The notes beneath the pieces were generated by a model. The model had not been told where the DNA came from. It saw only the letters and a program-made list of their open reading frames with translations, and searched no databases. The position numbers were made by a program, and so were the translations under genes. From Parcubacteria group bacterium Gr01-1014_30 (GTDB taxonomy: Bacteria; Patescibacteriota; Minisyncoccia; Minisyncoccales; 2-12-FULL-40-12), in assembly GCA_007376185.1 (NCBI GenBank), contig VMFS01000001.1, positions 94,206 through 158,205 on the forward strand: DNA of 64,000 nt. The letters are read 5' to 3'. Shown piece by piece: positions 17,396-26,818 of this stretch. Every line of letters starts with the position of its first letter. Position 1 is the first letter of the stretch.

Positions 17396-17794
17396 ATGGC
17401 TGAAGAGAAATATCCAGTCCCGGAAATGAAGCCGGGCGAGGAAATCAAGATTCTAAAAGAGCGTTTGGAAAAACTCGAGACCCAGCTTTCAAAAGAAACG
17501 GTTCCGGTCGAAAAGGAAGAAGCGGTGAAGCAAGAAATCAAGAGCTACCTCCAAGAGCTTCAGCAAACGCCGAGTTTCGCTCCGCCAGCTAAAACCAAAG
17601 ATGAAGTTAGCGAAATTTCCAAGTTTGAGCCGAGTCAACAGGTCGGCGCTCTGGTCAGCTTAGTTTTTCAGAAGGGGCTGACGCAGGCAATTTCAGTTGC
17701 CAGAGACTTGGACAACCCCGCCATTTTGGATGAGTTTCATGACACACTGGCCGATCATTATTATCAGCGGTTGGTTGAAGAGAAAATTGTTTAA
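17396..17794 (+). CDS. Hypothetical protein preceding the VirD4-like ATPase
   Basis: 132-aa ORF, 3 bp from the next gene; C-terminal 'NPAILDEFHDTL' motif. Confidence 0.75.
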   Translation: MAEEKYPVPEMKPGEEIKILKERLEKLETQLSKETVPVEKEEAVKQEIKSYLQELQQTPSFAPPAKTKDEVSEISKFEPSQQVGALVSLVFQKGLTQAISVARDLDNPAILDEFHDTLADHYYQRLVEEKIV

Positions 17795-17797
17795 GGC

Positions 17798-20257
17798 ATG
17801 TCCCACTATTGGTTAATTCCACTTGCCATAGCGGTTTTTTTAGCGCTTTTTCTTTTACTTTTTTGGCGCCGCCAGAAAGAAAGAAAATTCCTGAAGCGGG
17901 GTATACAAACAGCCCTTTTCTTGGTGACCCTGCCTCAGGAAATTAAAAAAGAAGAGACCAAAGAAACGCCTTTGGAACAGTACTTGAAAATGGTTGAACA
18001 GTTTTACTCTTCTTTATCCGGAATCAAAGAGAGGAGTTTTTTTTCGAGGCTTTTTGAGGGCAACCCTGTCTTTGTTTTTGAGGTGGCCGTGCATCGCCTT
18101 GGAGAGGAGATATTTTTTTACTTGGCCGCCCCCCGTTCAATGGCGGGAGTCATTGAAAAACAAGTTCTGGCTTTTTGGCCCAAAGCCCAGGTTCAGCCCT
18201 CGGAAGATTACAATATTTTTAATCCCTCCGGTTTTTCTGTTGGCACAAACGCTTCTTTAAGAAGGGCGCCTGTTTTCCCTCTAAAGTCCTTTCATGAGTT
18301 TGGAGCAGATCCTTTGTCGGCTATAACCAGCGTTTTTACAAAACTTGCCAGAGAAGGCGAGGGCGCCTCTTGTCAGATTTTGCTGAGGCCAAGCAGGAGC
18401 AAAATTAAAAAAGCCGGGCAGAAAACCGTATACCTTATTGAAAAAGGAGCGAAACCAGAAGAACTTGTTTCAGGAACGCAAATTAAAGACATACTGAAAG
18501 GAGAACAGACAGTCGGTTACCGCACCAAAGAGCAAAAACAGGGCCAGCCGCTTTACCACGCGAGCAACGTGATGACTCCCACCCAGCAGGACGCGGTAAA
18601 ATTCATTTCAGAAAAAATCAGCCAGCCGCTTTTTGACGTCAATTTGAGGATTTTGGCTTCAGCAGGCACGCGCGAGAGAGCCGAACAAATCTTGGGCGAA
18701 CTGGAAGCCGCTTTTTCCCAGTTTAACACAACGGTTTTGAACCAGTTAAAGTTCAGGCGGCTTTCAGGACGCGCCTTAAAAAAACTTTTTTACCGTTTTT
18801 CGTTCCGCATATTTAATGAGCGAGAGACAATGACTCTTTCTTCAGGAGAGTTAGCGGGAATGTTTCATTTTCCATCGCCCCAGCTACTCACTCCTCACAT
18901 AAAGTGGTTGAAAGCCAAACAAGCTCCTCCCCCGCCAAACTTGGCCAAAGAAGGTGTAATACTTGGCAAGAACGTTTTTAGAGGAGAAGAAAGAACCGTG
19001 CCTATTTTGCCAGACGACAGACGACGGCATTTTTACATAATTGGACAGACAGGCACTGGTAAGTCGGTTTTGCTGCAGGAAATGATAAGGCAAGATATTG
19101 AAGCTGGCCAAGGCGTTGCTTTAATTGACCCTCACGGTGATATAGCTGAAAAAGTTTTGGAGCTGGTGCCGCCCGAAAGAGCCGAAGACGTCATTTACTT
19201 TAACCCCAGCGATTTTGAAAGGCCGTTGGGTTTGAATATGCTGGAATTTGACCAAAAATACCCCGAGGCAAAAACCTTTGTGGTGAATGAATTGCTGGAG
19301 ATTTTTGAAAAACTTTACAACTTGAAAGCCCAGGGTTTTGGGGGTCCTGTTTTTGAGCAGTATATGAGAAACTCGCTTTTGCTGGTTATGGAAGACCCGG
19401 AATCAGGCAACACTTTAATTGAAATACCTAAAGTGCTTTCTGACGTCAACTTTCGCAAATACAAGCTTTCAAAGTGCAAAAACATAGTGGTTAAGAACTT
19501 CTGGGAACTGGAAGCCGAAAAAGCTGGCGGGGAGGCAGCTTTAGCAAACATGGTGCCTTACATTACCAGCAAAATGAACGTTTTTATAGCCAATGACCTG
19601 GTTCGTCCGATTATCGCCCAGCAGAAGAGCGCGTTTAACTTTAGAGAAATAATGGACCAGGGCAAAATTCTGGTTATCAATCTTTCCAAAGGGAAGCTTG
19701 GCGACATCAACAGCCATTTGCTTGGTATGATTATTGTGGGCAAAATTTTAATAGCAGCTTTCTCTCGGGCGGATATTCCAGAGGAACAGCGCCGCGATTT
19801 TAACCTTTACATTGACGAGTTTCACAACGTTACCACCAAAACCATCACCACGGTTTTGGCTGAAGCCAGAAAATACCGCCTGAATATGATTTTCGGACAT
19901 CAGTTCATAGGCCAGCTTGAAGAAGACACGCAAAAAGCCATTTTCGGCAACGTCGGTTCCCTTTTGGCGTTTCGCATGGGGCCTGACGACGCCAAGTATT
20001 TAAAAACAGTTTTTGAACCGTCTTTTGACGAAAACGACCTTGTTAACTTTGACAACTACAACGCGGCGCTCAAACTTTTAATCAAGGGCGAAACGTCAAA
20101 ACCTTTCAACCTGATAACTTTTCCTCCGAGCAAAGGCAATCCTGAGGTAGCCCGTTTGATCAAAGAGTTTTCCCGCGCCAAATACGGCTCTGACAGAGCC
20201 AAAGTGGAACAGGAACTCTACGGACGGCTGTCCAAGACCTACGTACGACCGCTATAG
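17798..20257 (+). CDS. Membrane-anchored VirD4/TraD/HerA-like ATPase (CPR type)
   Basis: N-terminal TM, DRRRHFYIIGQTGTGKS, IDPHGD, LYIDEFHN, EARKYRL, HQFIGQL. Confidence 0.88.
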   Translation: MSHYWLIPLAIAVFLALFLLLFWRRQKERKFLKRGIQTALFLVTLPQEIKKEETKETPLEQYLKMVEQFYSSLSGIKERSFFSRLFEGNPVFVFEVAVHRLGEEIFFYLAAPRSMAGVIEKQVLAFWPKAQVQPSEDYNIFNPSGFSVGTNASLRRAPVFPLKSFHEFGADPLSAITSVFTKLAREGEGASCQILLRPSRSKIKKAGQKTVYLIEKGAKPEELVSGTQIKDILKGEQTVGYRTKEQKQGQPLYHASNVMTPTQQDAVKFISEKISQPLFDVNLRILASAGTRERAEQILGELEAAFSQFNTTVLNQLKFRRLSGRALKKLFYRFSFRIFNERETMTLSSGELAGMFHFPSPQLLTPHIKWLKAKQAPPPPNLAKEGVILGKNVFRGEERTVPILPDDRRRHFYIIGQTGTGKSVLLQEMIRQDIEAGQGVALIDPHGDIAEKVLELVPPERAEDVIYFNPSDFERPLGLNMLEFDQKYPEAKTFVVNELLEIFEKLYNLKAQGFGGPVFEQYMRNSLLLVMEDPESGNTLIEIPKVLSDVNFRKYKLSKCKNIVVKNFWELEAEKAGGEAALANMVPYITSKMNVFIANDLVRPIIAQQKSAFNFREIMDQGKILVINLSKGKLGDINSHLLGMIIVGKILIAAFSRADIPEEQRRDFNLYIDEFHNVTTKTITTVLAEARKYRLNMIFGHQFIGQLEEDTQKAIFGNVGSLLAFRMGPDDAKYLKTVFEPSFDENDLVNFDNYNAALKLLIKGETSKPFNLITFPPSKGNPEVARLIKEFSRAKYGSDRAKVEQELYGRLSKTYVRPL

Positions 20258-20531
20258 CGCGCGCGTTTTTTGAGCTAACTCCCATTTGGGGTATTGACAA
20301 ATTTAGGGAGAAGCGTATTTTAAAAATATGACAAATCAATTTGAAAAACCTCAAAAATCTGCTCAAGAGGCATCATCGCCGCCTTCGGCGGCGATGACCA
20401 AACCGCCACCTCTTCTGAAAATTCTGAATCGGATCTGCCGCTGGGATAAAAACTGCCAAAGAACCTGATAAAAATATCGGCTCGAACCATATAAATAAAA
20501 GAAACTTTTAATAAATTAATTTTATAAACAT

Positions 20532-21158
20532 ATGTCATTTGAACAACCATCTCCCGAACAAATAGGAGCACAATCAGAAGAACAGAGTTTAACGCCCGAA
20601 CAAAGAGAAGCAGAACGGGCAAAGTTTGAATCAGCATTTATTCCAGTGTTAAGAAAAGCTGTCGTTGAAACATATGAGGATGAAAATTATGCGCGTTCAC
20701 ATCATTTAAATCCTATTGATTTTGAAAGAAAGGGGATAGAGGCGGCAAAGGACGTTACTTTAGAAGTAAAATACAACGATGACGGTACTGTGAACGATAC
20801 TAATTATCGGCTTGGCGGTTATACGCCAGAACGTAATAAAACTTGGAATGCTTTTATGAAAGCTCAAAGTGAAAGTGGTTCTGACGAAGGAGCTAAAACT
20901 TTTAAGCGAGAAATGTTGCTTAAAGAAAAGGAACAAAATGAACAAAGTAGACAGTATGCCAAAGAACAAGTACGAGATTTAGAAAAGCGTTATGATGCCG
21001 TTGCTAGAGATCCTGAAAATCCAAATATTTTACGTTCATCTGAGGAGGGAAATAAATTATTGAGAGCCATTAATGAGTGGAAAGAAAAACTAGAAATGCA
21101 CAGGAATAGAAATGGTGGTTTATCTACAGAATTATCACGCCTAGAACTTTCAAGATAA
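20532..21158 (+). CDS. Hypothetical charged protein (AT-rich, accessory)
   Basis: 208-aa ORF flanked by palindromic repeats; visibly more AT-rich than its neighbours. Confidence 0.7.
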   Translation: MSFEQPSPEQIGAQSEEQSLTPEQREAERAKFESAFIPVLRKAVVETYEDENYARSHHLNPIDFERKGIEAAKDVTLEVKYNDDGTVNDTNYRLGGYTPERNKTWNAFMKAQSESGSDEGAKTFKREMLLKEKEQNEQSRQYAKEQVRDLEKRYDAVARDPENPNILRSSEEGNKLLRAINEWKEKLEMHRNRNGGLSTELSRLELSR

Positions 21159-21460
21159 ATTTTATTTCCACCTATTATTTTGTAAAAGAGTTTGCCGCCA
21201 GAGAAAAATTTATCTTTCGATGAGGCTCAGGACAATGGTGAGCTTGTCGAACCATTGAAATCGTCGCCTCGCTTTGCGAGGCGGCATCTGTGAATTTGAC
21301 CTTTTCCATTTGGCAGGGGAACTGCGGTTTGACTCTCAGAACGTGAACGACGATTTAAGTTATTTTACCAGGACTGGCGGTCTTAGAGGAAAAGTTCGTC
21401 AACTTTTGTTAGGTGAAGCTTTGTCTGGCGAATAATCTTTTGAGAAGCGCGTTTTTTGAG

Positions 21461-23476
21461 CTAAAGTTTCTTAATCAAGTCCCTTATTTCAGCCGCCCTT
21501 TCAAAGTCAAGATTGCGGGCGGCTTCTTTCATTTCTTTCTCCAGAAGTTTTTTATCCCGCACTTGCCAAAATTCAGCAGCCACTTGTTTTTCTTTGGAAG
21601 CGAACGGCCAATCCCTGATTGCCTTGACTATTGGTTTTGGTTCAATGCCGTGTTCTTTGTTGTATTCTTCCTGAATCTTTCTTCTTCTTTTGATTTCGGC
21701 AATGGCTTTTTTCATTGAATAAGTTTCTTTGTCGCCGTACAAAATCACGCGTCCTTCAGGGTGCCTCGCCGCCCTGCCCATCGTTTGAATGAGCGTTGTT
21801 TCGGAACGTAAGAAACCTTCTTTATCCGCGTCCAAAATGGCGACTAAAGCTACCTCAGGCAAGTCTAGACCCTCCCTAAGTAAGTTTATCCCAACCAGCA
21901 CTTGGTACTTTCCTTCTCTCAAGTCCTTCAGAATCTGCGGCCTTTCCAATGTCTTGACTTCAGAGTGCAGCCACTGGGCTTTAATTTTTTCTTCTGCCAG
22001 GTGGTCAGATAAAGCTTCTGCTAACCGCTTGGTTAAGGTTATGGCTAAAACGCGCTGATTGAGCATCCTTCTTTTTTTAATTTCGGCTATTAAGTCGCGA
22101 ACCTGGTTTTTGGTTGGCCTTACTTCAATTGACGGCTCCAAAAGACCGGTAGGCCTGATTAGCTGTTCAACCACATAATTGCCCGATTTTCTTCTTTCTT
22201 CCGTGGCTGGCGTGGCGGAAACATAGATTGTCTGTTTGACCTTTTTTTCAAATGCCGCGGCTGAAAGCCGAGGCGCTCGCAGAGAGCTTCGCTCTCTTCT
22301 CGCCTCCCCGAGAGTGAGAGGAAGTGGAGCTTCAGCGAACTCTTCAAAAGTCAAAGGCCGATTGTCAACAGCCGAAGGTAACCGAAACCCGTGTTCAACA
22401 AGAGTTTTTTTTCTAGCCCTGTCTTGCACGGCCATAGCATGGAGCTGGGGCAGCGTTTGGTGGGACTCGTCAATAAAAACCAAAAAATCTGTGGGAAAGT
22501 AGTCCAACAAAGTATAAGGCGCCTGTTCTGGTTTTCTGAATTCCAAATGGCGCGAGTAGTTTTCTATTCCGTGGCAATAGCCCTGTTCTTTAATCATTTC
22601 CAAATCGTAGTTGGTTCTTTGTCCTAAGCGTTGAGCTTCCAATAATTTTTTTTCTTTCTTCAGTTTTTTGAGTTGATCTTGCAACTCTGATTTTATGTTT
22701 TCAAGGGCGACATTTAGCTTATTTTGCGGCGTCACCCAGAAAGTGGCAGGGAAGATTAGTTTGTAGTTTGTAGTTTTTAGTTGGTAGTTAGGGATTAAGG
22801 CGTTTTCTGAAACGGAAATTTTGTCTACTTTGTCGCCGGAGAACTCAACCTGAATGATTTCTTTCCCGGTTACCAAAAATATTTCAACTAAATCACCTCT
22901 AACCCTAAAAGTGCCTGGTTTAAAATCAACGTCGTTTCTTTGATACTGCAAAGAGATAAGATGCGAAAGAAAATCTTTCCTCTTTATTTTTTGCCTTGTT
23001 TGCATTTGCAACGAAACTTCTTGATAAGCGTCTGGTGAGCCGATGTTGTAAATGCAAGAGACCGAAGCCACCACAATAACGTCGTTTCTCGTTAAAACGT
23101 CTTGGGTGGCTGCGTGGCGCAGTCGATCAATTTCTTCGTTAATCTTGGCGTCTTTTTCAATATATGTATCGGTTTGGGGAATGTAGGCCTCGGGCTGGTA
23201 GTAGTCATAATAAGAAACGAAAAAATGTACGCCGTTTTCTGGGAAGAATTCTTTGAACTCTTGGTAAAGTTGAGCCGCTAAAATTTTATTGGGCGATATG
23301 ACAAGAGTCGGCCTTTGCATTTTTTCAATCACGCAGGCCATTGTCATTGTTTTGCCAGAGCCCGTAACTCCCAAAAGCACCTGGTCTGCAACACCGGCTT
23401 TTAGGTTTTCCGCCAGCTGGCGGATGGCTTGGGGCTGGTCGCCCTTCGGCTTAAATGGAGAAACTAACTTAAACAT
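21461..23476 (-). CDS. uvrB: Excinuclease ABC subunit B (with in-frame insertion)
   Basis: GDQPQAI, GVTGSGKT, YYDYYQPEAY, DESH, GFRLPSA.DNRPL, YVSATP, LLREGLD, GRAAR, C-terminal UVR. Confidence 0.98.
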   Translation of the reverse strand: MFKLVSPFKPKGDQPQAIRQLAENLKAGVADQVLLGVTGSGKTMTMACVIEKMQRPTLVISPNKILAAQLYQEFKEFFPENGVHFFVSYYDYYQPEAYIPQTDTYIEKDAKINEEIDRLRHAATQDVLTRNDVIVVASVSCIYNIGSPDAYQEVSLQMQTRQKIKRKDFLSHLISLQYQRNDVDFKPGTFRVRGDLVEIFLVTGKEIIQVEFSGDKVDKISVSENALIPNYQLKTTNYKLIFPATFWVTPQNKLNVALENIKSELQDQLKKLKKEKKLLEAQRLGQRTNYDLEMIKEQGYCHGIENYSRHLEFRKPEQAPYTLLDYFPTDFLVFIDESHQTLPQLHAMAVQDRARKKTLVEHGFRLPSAVDNRPLTFEEFAEAPLPLTLGEARRERSSLRAPRLSAAAFEKKVKQTIYVSATPATEERRKSGNYVVEQLIRPTGLLEPSIEVRPTKNQVRDLIAEIKKRRMLNQRVLAITLTKRLAEALSDHLAEEKIKAQWLHSEVKTLERPQILKDLREGKYQVLVGINLLREGLDLPEVALVAILDADKEGFLRSETTLIQTMGRAARHPEGRVILYGDKETYSMKKAIAEIKRRRKIQEEYNKEHGIEPKPIVKAIRDWPFASKEKQVAAEFWQVRDKKLLEKEMKEAARNLDFERAAEIRDLIKKL

Positions 23477-23495
23477 GGTAAAGTGGAGAGTAATA

Positions 23496-24710
23496 ATGCA
23501 GGCAAAAGAACTTATTAAAAAAATTATCCCTCCCTTTTTGTTGAGCTGGTATCATTTTATTTTAGCATTTTTGGGAGCTATTTTGTATGGGTTTCCATCG
23601 CGCAAGCTAAAGGTCATCGGGGTGACCGGAACCAACGGCAAAACCACGACAACCGAGATGACTGCTCGCATTTTGGAAGAAGCCGGCTACAAAGTGGCTT
23701 TGGTCAACTCAATCCGCTTTAAAATCGGAGAGTCAGAGGAGCCGAATATGTTTAAGATGACAATGCCCGGTCGCTTTTTTATTCAAAAGTTTTTGCGCCA
23801 TGCGGTAAAAAATGGCGCAAAGTACGCGGTTTTGGAAGTTACCTCTGAAGGCATAAAACAGCATCGCCACAGATTTATTCATTTTGACACGGCGGTTTTA
23901 ACCAATTTGAATCCGGAACACATTGAGTCGCACGGCTCTTTTGAAAAATACCGAGAGGCCAAAGAAGAGCTTTTTCGCTCGTGCAGAAATATTCATGTAA
24001 TAAACGAAGACGACCCCAACGCCAACTACTTTTTGAGTTTTTCCAGCGCCAAAAAATTTACTTTTGGCAAAGAAGACAAAAATTTACTGCTATATAGCAG
24101 TAAACTTTTTGGAGAATTTAACGCTTGGAACGCGGCAGCCGCTTGTAAAGTCGGCTTGTCGCAGGGTATTGATTGGGATATTTGCAAAAAAGCCATAGAA
24201 AAAGTTGATAAAATCCCGGGCAGAATGGAACAAGTTATTGCAGAACCTTTCAAAGTTTTTGTTGACTACGTTTTTATTCCCAACGCGCTTGAAAAAGTTT
24301 ACCAAACCATAAAGTCATTAGTTATTAGTCATCAGTCAAAAGTTATTTGCGTTTTGGGAGCGGCTGGCGGGGGCAGAGATAAATGGAAAAGGCCGGTTTT
24401 GGGCGAGCTGGCGTCAAAGTACTGCCAAGAAATAATTGTTACCAACGAAGATCCTTATGACGAACCCCCCATGGAAATCATAGAACAGGTAGCTAAAGGA
24501 GCCGGAGAGAAAGCGCAAAAAATACTGGATAGAAGAGAGGCGATAAGGCGGGCTTTAGAACTGGCGAAACCGGGCGACACGGTGGTGATTACAGGGAAAG
24601 GTTCAGAGCCGTGGATATGCGTTGCCAATGGGCGAAAGATTCCATGGGACGACAGAAAAGTTGTTTTTGAGGAATATGAGGAATTACGAAATTCTAGAAC
24701 ACAAAGCTGA
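23496..24710 (+). CDS. murE: Mur ligase, MurE-like
   Basis: GVTGTNGKTTT, EVTS, TNL.PEH, PGRME, VDY, GGGRDKWKRP, NEDPY.E, GKG.E. Start set at ATG 23496. Confidence 0.88.
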   Translation: MQAKELIKKIIPPFLLSWYHFILAFLGAILYGFPSRKLKVIGVTGTNGKTTTTEMTARILEEAGYKVALVNSIRFKIGESEEPNMFKMTMPGRFFIQKFLRHAVKNGAKYAVLEVTSEGIKQHRHRFIHFDTAVLTNLNPEHIESHGSFEKYREAKEELFRSCRNIHVINEDDPNANYFLSFSSAKKFTFGKEDKNLLLYSSKLFGEFNAWNAAAACKVGLSQGIDWDICKKAIEKVDKIPGRMEQVIAEPFKVFVDYVFIPNALEKVYQTIKSLVISHQSKVICVLGAAGGGRDKWKRPVLGELASKYCQEIIVTNEDPYDEPPMEIIEQVAKGAGEKAQKILDRREAIRRALELAKPGDTVVITGKGSEPWICVANGRKIPWDDRKVVFEEYEELRNSRTQS

Positions 24711-25083
24711 TTTGAAAATCAGGGTTTGGGGGGAAACGAAAGAGGAACTGTTTTTGAACGCGGTTTTAGCGATGCAAAGCTCCTTGTTTGCTGAAAAGCG
24801 CAAAGCTAAAAGCGCAAAGCGAAAAATGAGCGCAAGTTCCCCAGACGTAAGCGCTCTACTGGTTGATTTTTTGAGCGAGGTTTTGTACCTTATTCAAACA
24901 AAAAAAGAGATATACAGTAAGGTTAATTTCACTAAGTTTTCAGATACGGAAGTTGCAGTTGAACTTGCAGGCCAGAAAGTCGCGAGGTTTAACCAAGAGA
25001 TAAAAGCCGTTACCCACCACGGTTTAAAAGTGCGCCAAAGAAAAGATGGTTTCTGGGAAACAACAATAATTTTTGATGTATGA
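24676..25083 (+). CDS. Archease
   Basis: YEILEHKAD, LLVDFLSE.LY, EIKAVT.H, IFDV C-terminus; overlaps the rtcB start. Confidence 0.92.
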   Translation: MRNYEILEHKADLKIRVWGETKEELFLNAVLAMQSSLFAEKRKAKSAKRKMSASSPDVSALLVDFLSEVLYLIQTKKEIYSKVNFTKFSDTEVAVELAGQKVARFNQEIKAVTHHGLKVRQRKDGFWETTIIFDV

Positions 25084-26495
25084 ATTCCAAAAAGGACTTA
25101 GTGAAAATTTCAGATTGGCTTTGGGAGTTGCCAAAAAGTTTTCGCAAAGACATGCGGGTTCCCTCGCACATTTATGCGACAGAGAAACTACTTGAGAAAA
25201 TAGAGCCAGAAGCCATAACGCAGGTTGTTAATGTTGCCACTCTGCCAGGGATAGTTGACTACTCTTTTGCCATGCCGGATATCCACACTGGATACGGTTT
25301 TGTCATTGGCGGAGTGGCTGCGATGTCAGCTGAAAGCGGAGTTATATCACCTGGTGGCGTGGGCTATGACATTGCTTGCTCTGTGCGTCTGTTGAGGTCT
25401 TATCTAAGCGCAAAAGAGATCTCTCCTTACATAGACGCTCTGGCAACAGAGATTCAAAAAGAAGTGCCTTCTGGATTAGGTCGTGGCAGACAGGTTAAGC
25501 TTTCAAGGACCGAGATTGACAAAATCTTAGAAGGCGGCGCGTCTTATCTTGTTGAGCAGGGTTATGGCACAAAAGAAGACATTGAATATTGCGAAGAACG
25601 AGGCAGGATGGAAGGAGTCGATCCTACACTTGTTTCAGACCACGCCAAGCAAAGAGGCCGAGACCAGGTCGGCACCTTGGGTTCTGGCAACCATTTCATG
25701 GAAATACAGGTTGTTGATGAAATTTTTGATAAAGAAGCTGCCGAGGCCTTTGGGCTTCTTGATGGCCAGATTGTATTAATGATTCACTGCGGATCCCGCG
25801 GCTTGGGACATCAAATCGCCACCGACTATATTAAGATTATGATACGCGCGATGGAAAAGTACGACATTAAGCTACCTGACAGAGAGCTTACTTGCGCGCC
25901 TTTTAATTCGCCTGAAGGGCAAAATTATTTCGCTGCAATGAAAGCAGGTGCCAACTTTTCCTGGGCAAACAGACATATGATAACTCATTATATCAGACAG
26001 GCGTGGCAAAAGATTCTAGGAGAAGACGCTAGACTGGAATTGGTCTACGACGTTTCGCACAACACCGCCAAGCTTGAGCAAGGCAGGGTCGTTCACAGAA
26101 AGGGGGCAACCAGGGCTTTTCCGCCGGGGCACCCTGAACTTCCGGAAAAGTATCGCGAAGTCGGCCAGCCGGTTTTGATTCCAGGGTCAATGGGCACCGC
26201 TTCTTGGGTTTTGGTCGGGCAAAAAGAAGGCGAGCAAGCATTCTTTAGTTCTTGTCACGGGGCCGGGCGCGCCATGTCAAGAAAAGAAGCAACAAGGCGG
26301 GTGTCTGGACAAAAAGTGATAAATGAGCTAAAATCAAAAGGAATTCTGGTTAAGTGCTTTTCTTCTCGCGGCATTGCAGAGGAAGCGCCGCTGGCTTATA
26401 AAAACGTAGACGAGGTGGTGGAGGTTGTGAAAGAAGCCGGGCTTTCAAAGAAGGTGGCGCGACTTTTACCCTTAGCCGTAATAAAGGGAGAATAA
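25080..26495 (+). CDS. rtcB: RNA-splicing/repair ligase RtcB
   Basis: MPDIH.GYGF.IGG, GVGYDI.C, GTLGSGNHF.E, H.GSRG.GH, HN, HRKGAT, PGSMG, HGAGR, EEAP.AYK. Confidence 0.97.
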   Translation: MNSKKDLVKISDWLWELPKSFRKDMRVPSHIYATEKLLEKIEPEAITQVVNVATLPGIVDYSFAMPDIHTGYGFVIGGVAAMSAESGVISPGGVGYDIACSVRLLRSYLSAKEISPYIDALATEIQKEVPSGLGRGRQVKLSRTEIDKILEGGASYLVEQGYGTKEDIEYCEERGRMEGVDPTLVSDHAKQRGRDQVGTLGSGNHFMEIQVVDEIFDKEAAEAFGLLDGQIVLMIHCGSRGLGHQIATDYIKIMIRAMEKYDIKLPDRELTCAPFNSPEGQNYFAAMKAGANFSWANRHMITHYIRQAWQKILGEDARLELVYDVSHNTAKLEQGRVVHRKGATRAFPPGHPELPEKYREVGQPVLIPGSMGTASWVLVGQKEGEQAFFSSCHGAGRAMSRKEATRRVSGQKVINELKSKGILVKCFSSRGIAEEAPLAYKNVDEVVEVVKEAGLSKKVARLLPLAVIKGE

Positions 26496-26499
26496 ACTT

Positions 26500-26637
26500 T
26501 AAATCCGAAGCACGAAGCACGAAGTCCGAAACAATGTTTAAATAACCAAAGTTCAAATGAGCAAAGCAGGTTTTAAGAATTTGAACATTATAATTTTGAA
26601 TTTGTTTCGAATTTCGATATTCGAATTTAGAATTTTA
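26500..26637. repeat. Heptamer-repeat inverted-arm element (empty cassette-like)
   Basis: Left arm TCCGAAG-CACGAAG-CACGAAG-TCCGAAACA; right arm TGTTTCGAATTTCGATATTCGAATTTAGAATTT. Confidence 0.6.
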
Positions 26638-26668
26638 AACCAACCCATTGTTTCTCCGCAATTTAATC

Positions 26669-26818
26669 ATGAAGAAGCTTCCCAGAGGAATCAGAAAATA
26701 TATCAGACGAGAGAAAGCCCGGATCCGCCGGGAGGTTTTGGGTTCCAAGGAGCAGGAAAGGTTGATCAGCGAGCTGTATCAGAAGTTTTTGCCACGAAAA
26801 CAAAATGACAGTAAATGA
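26669..26818 (+). CDS. Small basic hypothetical protein (MKKLPRGIRKYIRREKARIRREV...)
   Basis: 49-aa ORF translated by hand; overlaps the start of the next gene. Confidence 0.6.
   Translation: MKKLPRGIRKYIRREKARIRREVLGSKEQERLISELYQKFLPRKQNDSK

Noticed and set aside
17798-20257. Conjugative element/ICE suggested by the VirD4-like ATPase
   Set aside because: No relaxase, VirB genes or integrase; such stand-alone ATPases are common chromosomal genes in CPR.
23289-23495. N-terminal extension of murE (also the extended starts of archease 24622, thiI 27722 and pilin 51114)
   Set aside because: They overlap neighbouring genes; downstream ATGs match the family N-termini.
26557-26808. 83-aa ORF from the track
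   Set aside because: Its N-terminus is translated heptamer repeat; the 49-aa ORF at 26669-26818 in another frame is more plausible.
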